Shown here one piece after another: positions 25,101 through 34,825 of a stretch of 34,825 nt of DNA. The DNA is from Jimgerdemannia flammicorona (lineage: Eukaryota), in contig RBNJ01000267.1 of NCBI GenBank assembly GCA_003990765.1, forward strand, positions 1 to 34,825, written 5' to 3'. Positions within the stretch are counted from its first letter, which is position 1. Each line of letters starts with the position of its first letter. The notes below the pieces were generated by a model, which worked only from the letters and a program-made list of their open reading frames with translations, ran no database searches and was not told the DNA's origin. The position numbers were made by a program, and so were the translations under genes.

Positions 25101-26082
25101 TCAAGTTGTTGCTACAATGATGGCTACTCTAAGGTCTGAGTTTGGATCATTACTTGCTTAGGTAAAGATTTCTTTGACTAGTTCTCTGAGTTAGGCCTTG
25201 TAGATAGTAATTTTTCTTTCAGAGATAAGGTTTTTCAGAGCTGCAATTCCTTCTATTCCATCAAGAAATTCTCTTGGATCTTCTTTAGAATATTCTGCAA
25301 AGGTTGGCAATGAGATGGCCATTTCATCATCAGTATCTTCTGGTTCTGGTTCTGGTTCTGATCCTAGTGCTGAATCTGATTCTGATTCTGATTCTAATTC
25401 TAGTACTGATTCTAATTCACTTTCTGAGTTATTGCTAGAGTTCAGAATACTTGGATATCTTAAGAATAGTATTGGAGATCTTGGGCAAGATGGAATAGGT
25501 CTGGATATTCTTAATGAAGCTATTATTTGATCTTCCTGTTCTATAGTAGCTAGTGGTAGAGAGTCAATGAGTGAAATTGGTGGGTCTCTTGTGGGAAATC
25601 AGGCTCATTCAATGAGGTCTTGAAGTTGTTATGCTAACTCATCAAAACTCTAGCAGGGCTGTCTATATGATCTTGTTGATGTTAATCCTGTAATAAGTCT
25701 GTTGGTGCTGGCTAGGGATTCTATACTGTACTGACTTCTGGTTGGGATCCTTCTGAAGCTGAGTAATTGGCAAGTCTGGAGGTAATTACTTCTCTTTCTA
25801 TCTAAATGCTGGTGATGACTGGTTCTCCTATAGTAGTAGAGATTGGTGTTTTATCAAATATATCCAGTTTGACTATGAGTTCTTGTGAGCTGAAAAGTCA
25901 TGTCAATTTTGAAATCTTTCCAGTTGAGCCCCTAAATATAATATGTCTGGCTCAATGGAGGTAAATTACAAGGTTGAGGGTTGATGTAGTTTGGTTTGAG
26001 CCCCCAGTTACTTTGTTAAAAGCAACAAAATATTCTAAGATTCCTGGTATTCTTATTGGTATTTAGTGGTATAATAGTCAAT

Positions 26083-27505
26083 CTAGATACAATGGTCAAT
26101 TTTTATATCAATTTTCTTATTGAGATAGTTCTCTGGGTATAGTAGTGATTTTATATCTCTTTGACTATAGATAAGATCATCTTTTAAAATCATTTAGCAG
26201 ACAAATTAAAGTTTGAAAAAAATGATTTTTTGAAACATTTTTTTTCTGTTAAAAATATATCTCAATTTGTTTAAAAACAATTTTTTTTTTTTTGTAAAAT
26301 TTTTACCAAAGGTAGAATTATTATATAAAAAATTATTGGTAAATTTTTTTTTAAAAACTATTATGATTTTAAAAGTTATAAACTTTTAAAATCTTACCTC
26401 TAAATATAGGTGCAAAATAGTCAAAGGGATAACAGTCTTATATAGCATGATGATCTCTATATAGTATGGTAATATTTTTATGCATAATGGTCTAGCAATT
26501 TAGCAGTTTTCTTCTTAAGTGACAGATAATTTCAGTATAGTATAACAATCTCCAAAAGTATGCAATTTCTGATGTGATGATCTTAGCAGACTTCTTTATA
26601 TGGACTTCTTGATTTGGCATAGATTTCCTGAATCAGTAGCTTACTAGAAATAAAGGATAGTGCAGATTCTTCTGAATCAGGCTCACTGGGAACAGATGAA
26701 TAATTTAGATAGTATGAATAACTTGGATAACTCAGATGATGTAGATTCTTTGACTTCTGAGAATAACAGATAACTTGATAACTTAGGTGATGAATTCTTG
26801 GCAAGTTATATCAAGACTAGCTTTATTTGCATAGAGTTATATTATAGACTAACTTTATTGTAAAGTTGCATCAGATAGACTTTTTGAGCAAGATTGTATC
26901 AAGACTGGCTTTGTTTACATAGAGTTATCTCAATAGACTGGCTCTACTGTGAAGTTGCATCAATAGACCAATATACTGGCTTTGATGATAAGATGGTAGA
27001 CTTCTTGAAAAAGAGCAGCTTATTTCTTAAGCAGTAGATTACTCAAATGGTAGCTCTTTCTTGAGCAGTAGATTCACTCAAATTCTTCAGACTTATCCAG
27101 CAAGTGAACCAAGGCTTTGTATTGGAAAGGAGACTAGAGTGGAAAGGGAATGCTATTGCTTTAGATTCAATTTTGAACTGAGATTTATTTACTCTTATCT
27201 CTGAGGTATTTTATACATTGTGGTTGCTATCTAGTTTCTATCTGGATAATTATAGATTTATCATCTCTGGTAATGTTTGAGTGTGTCTACAGGATATGAG
27301 TGTGTCTATAGGACATGAGTATATCTGCAGAACATGAGTGTATCTACAGGACATAAGTGTGTCTGCAGGATATCAATGTATCTACAGGACACAGATAAAT
27401 AATCTCAATTTGGTATTCTGGCTAATTATAAGTATGGCAGACATGAGTAACTATACTATACTGGGAGTTTATATTATATGACTATATTATATATACTATT
27501 TGCTT
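26083..27505 (-). repeat. 5' LTR of the dUTPase Gypsy element, interrupted by a MITE and clipped by a LINE tail
   Basis: Colinear with 17270-18396; homology ends at ATACTATTTGCTT, where a poly(T) begins. Confidence 0.8.
26157..26428. mobile_element. 272-bp AT-rich MITE with 12-bp TIRs
   Basis: CTCTTTGACTAT ... ATAGTCAAAGGG (1 mismatch). Absent from the other LTR copy, whose empty site implies an AT dinucleotide duplication. Confidence 0.8.
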
Positions 27506-29270
27506 TTTTTTTTTTTATAATCACTCAGACTTCACCATTTATTACTAGTCTATTGATATAGTTACAGTATCTCCTCTCACTACCCAATTCCCATAGGGGA
27601 GTCTCCCCCCACACCTTCATGTTTGAAGACCACTTTACTACCTACTACCTCAACTCTTCTCTCACTCTGCACACAGATTTTCTCTACCAAACAATACCTT
27701 TGACCACCCTGTAGGCCCCAACTAAGCCACCAGCCCATAATAATGTTCTCCATCAGTTCTTGCTATCTCAACAGTCACACTCTCAAACCCAGGCTTCTCT
27801 CTTCCTCAAAAACAAACAATCAGTAACCTGCTAGCCCCACCTAAACTACTAATATCCAACCTAAAGTAAGTCACTCCTTACTCACCCCTCTCACCAATCT
27901 ATCTCTCAAATCCTCCCACTGACCCCACTCACCATCCCCCCTATACACAATACTCAATCAGTCTCCAACTACTAGCCAAAAGTCACTAAGTATCTCACAC
28001 TCTCCTAGTCAATATTCTGGTATCTGTACAAAACCCCCTTCTTGTTCTACATTGTGGTACTCCTCACAGTCAAAGCTTCCCCCCTTAATAAGGTGTCCTA
28101 AGTGAAAGTTAAGCATAATATTCCTCTACACCAGATCACTCAGTACTTTAATGGCAGCCACTGCCTTACCTCAGCACTCTAGGCCCAAATTCCATTCCAG
28201 TCTCACTCCTCTCTGATGTCTGCCAACTGCTAACCACTGGGCCATAGATTCTGTCCTGGCCCCCTCTGGTACTCAAGTCTATTGCTAATATCAAAATCAA
28301 CTAGAGAGATATCTCCTAATAACACTTGGTCTCATCTCCATATCACTGGGTCCCAAGGTACCTCTTCTTCATTTCCCTGCCAGTAAATTTCAATATAGTG
28401 TACCCCATCCACTATCCCCCACCAGAAGCCTTTATACTACATGTACTCATTGTTCTGAAGTCCAACTAAGGACAGTAGATCTTCTGTAGAGCCTCTTAGC
28501 AAGGACCTCATCTCTCAGACCTTCTGCATCAGAAGAACCCAGCTACCTCCTTATAACTCCACCACTCTCTTCAGCCACTATGCTCTCAGACAGTACAGTC
28601 TCTTTGGAAAATCAACCAGCCCAAGGCCCCCTCTAGCTATCAGTAAAGACAAGACCTCCCAGCTGATCTGACTCCTTCTCTCAGCCCAGATCTACCCCTT
28701 GGCTAGTTTCATCAGTCTCTTCACCACCCAGGCCAGGAAGTCCAGGTGATAAGTCAAATACTATAACTTCAGCAGCCAGTAGATGTTCAAAATCGAAACA
28801 TGCCCCACCAGAGACAAGTGGTATCCTCCCCAACTCTACAGAGCCTCCCCCCAGATTACAACCCTCTACTTCCACCAAGGTCTCAATAGGACTGACCCAT
28901 ATACTGGCAGACAGATACTCAAGTACTGCACTGTCTCTCCAGCAGGGACAATTATTCCAATGATATCTCCTCCCATCAGACCATTGCCTAATACCATCAT
29001 TTCACACTTATACTAATTGAGTTTAGCCCCAAAGTGCACCTCATACTACTCCACTGTCTCCTTGAGCTCCTTGACATCAGTGATTGATCTCAGGCCAACT
29101 ACCATGTCATCTATAAAGGCTCCAACTTTCCACCCAATTCCAAAAACTGAGAGCCCAACTATCTTCTGCCAAATCCTGTCCATCAAAGGCTCTAAAGAAA
29201 GAGCATATAGAATAGAGGACAGTGGGCCCCCCTGGAGCACACTCCTATCCATATTATACTATTTGCTCAG
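27504..29270 (-). mobile_element. 5'-truncated L1-clade non-LTR retrotransposon (RT C-terminal part to poly(A) tail)
   Basis: VLQGGPLSSILYALSLEPL, AFIDDMVVGL and ISWEVLSLLIARGGLGLVDF on the minus strand; poly(A) tail at 27504-27516. Confidence 0.85.
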
Positions 29271-29274
29271 TATA

Positions 29275-30205
29275 ATATATATAGAGAGCTACTATTCTTA
29301 TTATAGATAAAGAGAATTGGTACACAATATGATAATTTTGATAGATATATGGGATCTTTATTTGATAGGTTTGCTAACTATTTCTTGAGAGTCTCTAGCT
29401 TAGACTGAGCTAGTTAGTAAATTCTATAGTAGAGAGAATCTGCTCTTAGAGTGATATTAATATTATATTTTACTACTCAGATAGATAGTAGTTCTTGGAG
29501 TTCTTAAAAGACATCTTTGTAGTCTTTGAAGACTTTCTTCTTTATTGTCCTCATTCTTTAATAGTTTAAGATGATTGTCATTATCATTATCTTCTGCTAG
29601 TAGCTTCTTAATAGTATATATAGATATGCTGCTCTAGTTTCCAGATTAGCTTTTTTATTTGAATAACAGAGAAGATGTTATACTTAGGTTTCATTTTCTT
29701 CTTAATCTGTTCTAGCTATAGCTTGATGTATTCTAGAGAGATTATATTGATTCATCAGTCAATATATATATTTTCTTAAGTAAGCCAGAATTTTCCATAA
29801 ATGAGATTATATTTAAAAAGATGCACAATGTAAAAGATCTGCTTTATAGTATGTTTCCTAGTTGTAGGAGTGTGTTCTTATGATTTTAAAGAGTTTCTAA
29901 GTTGTTTTGTTTTCAAATATAGCAATATTTCTTTCTGGATTTTTTTGTATCTTGAGTCTGAACTTGTCAGTAGTCTTTTTGTTAAGATATCACTTGCTTG
30001 CTCTACTGTTGATAAGGACTTCAACAGGGTTTTTTTCAATTTTCTCTTGTAGGTAGATGTATTCAAAGTTGCCTTCTTATTAGATGACAATTGTTTCTAG
30101 CAAGACTTCTTCTTTCCAATCTTATATATCTCTATCTTTATTATTGATATTTTTGATTTCTTCATTTTATCATTCTGGAATGATTGGCTTGAACTTTCCA
30201 GATTT
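29275..30205 (-). mobile_element. Highly degenerate Ty3/Gypsy protease and RT N-terminal fragment
   Basis: VEVLINSRAS (=LIDSGAS), YNLIYGKFWL (=YDLILGxxWL), and PILFIYNKNSS (=PxLFVxKKDG) near 29300. Confidence 0.7.
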
Positions 30206-30207
30206 AA

Positions 30208-30209
30208 GA

Positions 30210-30240
<31 letters not shown>

Positions 30241-30245
30241 TATAG
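30208..30245. repeat. (TA)n microsatellite at the LINE 3' end
   Basis: Direct reading. Confidence 0.85.
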
Positions 30246-33200
30246 TCACTTAGATATTATCTAAATTTATCTAAATATATTATGAATACTACACACCATC
30301 ATAACCACTAAGAATGCTAGGAAGAGGCTAACTGATCACCCTGAGAGCCAATTAACTAACACCTTCCTTTTATCAGACCTCTCTATCATCCAACACTAGG
30401 TATCCTTGACTCCATTACATAATATCCTGTACCTTCTGCAAGGTCCCCAGCTGATACCACTTCCTCTGATACCACTACCCTTGTACTACCTCCCAGAGGA
30501 GCCACCTTCATTGCCCTACCAATTTGCCAATTCTCATCTATAGATCCTGCTCAAACACCTATCACCAATATATAGCTATTAGGATCCAGACCCCTAAAAT
30601 CTAACCCAGATCATCCCAAATATCACTAATCTTCTCCACTAGTCACTATTTAACCACAAGACCAGTGGGATCCTCTGGCCTCCTACTCTCAGAGCTCCAA
30701 TAACCTTCCAGAGTCTGCTAATATCCTTCAACACTAGGACAAGCTACCAGGATATACTCTAGTATCTGAACCACCTCCCTATCAATCTTACTATATCCCT
30801 CATAATCCCAATAGCCATCCATCTTCATTCATCTCATCCAGTAGCTAAGCATCACATTTCTCCTCAAGAAACACCACTATACTACCCAGTACTTAGGGGG
30901 CACAATCTTAAGTAAAGAGGCCCTCCAACTCTAGACACATCCCCACTCCTAGCCTTCACTAAGGCCAGCCTTCTACCAACTAACAGACCAACTCTCAAGA
31001 GGGCCAGACCTGATTCATTCCATCACCTCACCTAGCAAGTACTCCTTCAAACTATGGCCACCAATGTAGAGGTTCTTTAGTTACTACTATTTCTACTCAG
31101 AATTCTCACCCTCACTCATCTCTAGTCCCACCAACCCTATGGCCAGCCAAGCCTCTATAATGCTCTCTTATACTGCAATTTACTAATACTCTCCACCTGA
31201 AGCAAACTCTGTATATTCTTCCAAACCTCACTACAGAGACAGAACCTGACTTCCCAATTGTCTATAGCCAGTCTGCCCCAACTATCCTCCCTCAGCTCTA
31301 CCAATCACTGCCCTTACCAATCCCTGAGCACCTTCAACCACTACTGGAAGTTCACCAAATCCAGACTGCTATCTACTGTTTACATCACTAAGGTCTTCCA
31401 ATAAATCTGTGGCCACCTCTCTTACCAAATCCAGACTGCTATCTACTGTTTACATCACTAAGGTCTTCCAATCAATCTGTGGCCACCTCTCTCACCAAAT
31501 CCATCCTTCTACTATCTTCTTTAGCTACTATACCACTCACCTGAGAAAGTCAAGGTAGTACTCCAGATACTATAACTTGAGCAGCCAATAAACATTCAAG
31601 ACTACTATCCTACTTACCAAAGAGAAGCTTCTTTCTGACCACCCCATCAAAGCTCCTTCCTACTTCTATATCATACTATTCCACCACTCCTTCAGCAGTA
31701 ATATTCCATATATAGAGAACTAAATATCCAGATATTGAACTGCTTTCTCTATAACCACAGTCTGTCCAAATTGTCCATCCCCTCTCAGCCTAGTACTAAG
31801 TTCCATTATCTCATACTGTCCTAATTTAACTTCACTTCTGCCAGTATTTTATACTATCCAACTCCATTCTGCAAAATGTCCACATCTGTCATATAACCTA
31901 ATTCCACCACTATGTCATCAGCAAAAGCCCCCAACTTCCAGGCTATATCTTCCATCAGCAGTATATCAGTAAAGGCTCCAAAGAGAGTATATAGAGGAGA
32001 GGGAAAAGAGGATCACTCTGCAGCACACCTCTCTCCAATACAACTCAGGACCACTCTACCCATTCATCAGTATAGCTACCTAGCAGTCTTGTACTAGACC
32101 CATTAGTCTCCCAGCCTCTACTATACTGAACCCCACCTTCCACAGTACAACTTCCAAATAGTTCCACCACACCCTATCATAGGCCTTCTCTTAATCCAAG
32201 AAGACCATTTACCCATCCACCTGTTGGCTTCTGCAGCTTTCTAGGATATTCTGTACCCAAGCAGTACTGTCTCTAATCTGCCTCCCTTTGATAAAACTAT
32301 ACTGCTTCTCACCAACTAGCCTGCTAATCCACTGCTGCATCCTCTCAGCCAGAATCTTAGAGACCAACTTCCTATCCACATTTAGCAGTATGATGAGTTG
32401 TCAATTCTGCCACACTCACTGATCACTTTTTTTCTTATACAGTAGAGAAACCAATCCTAAGGAGCCATTACCAATCCAGCTGCTCTCTTTCAAAACATAG
32501 TTTGCCATCTCTACTAATTAGCTACCAAACTCAATCTGGAATTCCTTCCAGAATTTCCAGGGCAACCCATCCTCTCCAGGTGATAAACCCATCTACACTT
32601 CTTGCAACACCTCTAGCACCTCTGCCAAAGATAATACTCTTATTACTGCATTACCCATCTCAGGCAATACTGCTACTGGCCAATAGTGCACTATATTGTC
32701 ATTGTCCTCCTGAAGTGCCCCACCCTCTACAGGCCCCCCTTCATCTTGCCAGAGAGCCTGCCACTGCTCTGAGATCTCTTTCAATATTTTAGCAATCCCT
32801 GAGACCTCAATACCATTCTCTTGCAAGACAGAGGCCCAGCTGTGCCACACTCTCCTAGTCTTCAAGACACCAGATAGATATTTAGTCAGCCACTCTCCTT
32901 TCTCCAGCCTCCTAGCCCATAGCCTAGCCAGTAGGCCATCCATTACCCTGTTCTCTGCTGCCCTTAAGTCTGACTATAGCTCCACCACCTCAGCAGCTAG
33001 CCAGCAGTATGTCTCCTCAGACAGATTCTCCCCTTCCATCTACTTCAGTTGCCATTATAGCCCATACTTGACCCTCCTCTCCTTATCCTTCTGCTTCTTT
33101 CCTGTCATCTCTCCAATATCTCACCAGTAAGTATCTGCCAAGTACTTGAATTTGTCTCACCATTCTGCTATCAACTATCTGTCATTCTGTCATCACCTCA

Positions 33201-34825
33201 ACTCCTGCTTAGTAATGACTACAAACTGTTCCCTTTCTACCTTTCTTCTGAGTAAAGCTATATTGAGATACTAATGCCCTCCACCACCACTAGCTGCTCG
33301 AAATCTACCACACACCTCTACCCCTCAATGAGCTAACCAAGGACACCACTATATCTCTATAATATTCAGAACATTGCTCCAACTCTCAGCTACTAGTATC
33401 CCCACTAATCCATTACCAACCAGATGCCATCTAGTGAAGGGCCCTGGTCTCTCCCTCTGATACTGTTGAACACCATCAACCAATCCTATATTCTGCTCCA
33501 CCTGAAGCTATTGAGATATTTCAGCAGAGACTACTGCTCCTGCTCTACCATCAGACCTATCCAGAGCTCTATTCTGTACTATATTGAAGTTCCCCCCAAG
33601 AATGTCTATTCCAACTGCCTCTTATCTCTCCCAAGCCAGCCAGTCCTCCACTCATTGCTTTCACTCTCTACCAACTACTGGGAGATAAACTGAGTCTACT
33701 ATCAATTCATTACTAGCCCTCTCTCACAATCTGCCCCACACCAACCTACCACTATAAATTTCGACCTCTACTAGCTCACCTCTGCCCACTCCAACCAATA
33801 TGCCCATCTGCTCATTCCAACCAGTTTCACTATACCATTCTTTGCTTCATTCTTCATAGTCCTGCTCACTATAGGTCTGAATATTCTAAAGAAATACAAT
33901 ATCATACCTCCTGACTTTAAGCTATTGAAACAGTTACTGCCACTTGACTCCTTCATACAGATCATTGATATTGAATAATAAAATATGTAAACTGTTCATC
34001 ATTATCATAAAAATTATTTAAAGCTCTACTGAGTCTATCACCATCTTCTCATCTCTGCCCTGATGATTTTTTTCTAATCCTCACAGATAACTCTTCAGAT
34101 ATAATTGCCATTAGTACTGCTACAGAAAAAGTCCACCTGCTCAGATGCTACCTTCCTGATAGCTGTCATTCTCTTCTCATTAACATCATACCCCTCATTC
34201 TCCAAAAACACTGCCACTATTGCTGTTACTAACTTCAGCTCCTGTATTACAACATTAAGGAAACCCTTCCACACCTCCTGAGAACTATGAAATACATCCA
34301 CTTCCTTGATGTCCTCTTCCACAAGTTCCTCAAGTATAGCCTGATACCAATCATCTGCTGTAGCCACTAAGGGCCCTGGAGTAGTAGGCCTGAAGACCCT
34401 ATTCAGCTCCTGCAGTAACTCTCTATTAGCTAAGACATCCAAGACATCCAAGGCCACCTTCACTAAGTCATTCTCCTCAGTAGTCTTCTCCAGCCATACC
34501 TTACCTACTTCAGGGCACCCCTAATATACATTAGCAGTCTCAGCTATGTGGGTGTCCTCTGTCTGAGTCTCTCAACAATACATGTATCCTCAAAACCCCC
34601 TACCCCCACCTCCTTCTTATTAGCCCACTTTCCCTTCACCAGTATATGAACTGAGCTCTCCACCCCACTCAGTTGTAAAAAGGACATCTTGGCTGCTTTC
34701 ATCTCTTCTATCTGATCCTTGGCAGCCTCAGCTCTCACTACTGCCTTCTTAGCTGACTCCTGGAGGACTGTCTGAGGTACTCTCAGTTTGCCTTCCTCTA
34801 TCTTCTCCTCTTTTCATCCATTTTT
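30243..34825 (-). mobile_element. L1-clade LINE (ORF1 C-terminal part, APE endonuclease, RT, zf-RVT), degenerate, extends beyond the window
   Basis: RT motifs *QLIILLNVDRKLVSKILAERM, LD*EKAYDRV, GVLQSDPLFPLLY, AFADDIVV; zf-RVT-like LEYILVACP near 30745; ORF1-like 34095-34463 upstream; endonuclease-like region ~33300-33950. Confidence 0.85.
31354..31503. repeat. 70-bp tandem duplication inside the LINE
   Basis: Units start at 31354 and 31424 and differ at 2 positions; bounded by ACCAAATCCA, which recurs at 31494. Confidence 0.9.

Larger units (their letters stand above)
17270..27505 (-). mobile_element. Near full-length Ty3/Gypsy LTR retrotransposon with dUTPase (LTR-gag-PR-insert-dUTPase-RT-RH-IN-extension-LTR), inactivated
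   Basis: Gag MAISLPTFAEYSKEDPREFL (~25322); CCHC CFHCGQFRHYITEC (~24490-24449); protease ILINIGV (=LIDTGA, ~23790) and YDIILGTNWM; RT SPWASS, IDYRKLN, YMNN (=YMDD); RH YTDVS; IN SN*GTEFIN, YHSQINGIIERMNQT; flanking direct repeats; PBS-Pro-like TGGGGGCTC at ~26006-25998. Confidence 0.88.

Noticed and set aside
23466..25530. Plus-strand ORFs in the TE block (e.g. 23466-23834, Ser/Asp-rich 25315-25530)
   Set aside because: Antisense to the gag and protease remnants; no independent coding evidence.

Overview
Eukaryotic, almost certainly fungal, genomic DNA; an early-diverging Mucoromycota-like lineage is my inference, not established. The window has two sharply different compartments. Bases 1 to ~10,600 are CpG-containing and gene-bearing: a degenerate RING-H2 ORF, an intact 6-exon endonuclease III/NTH1 DNA glycosylase, a single-exon F-box-like gene and a disrupted multi-pass membrane protein gene. 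Bases ~10,600-34,825 are a nested block of dead transposons, with all retroelements on the minus strand, almost devoid of CpG and riddled with C>T/G>A transitions (RIP-like or methylation-driven hypermutation). That block holds an old chromodomain Ty3/Gypsy element apparently split in two, a Gag-integrase-only element lacking PR/RT/RH, a ~10 kb Ty3/Gypsy with paired LTRs carrying a five-motif dUTPase between protease and RT, two L1-clade LINEs and two MITEs. Everything was read by eye, so TE boundaries are approximate.
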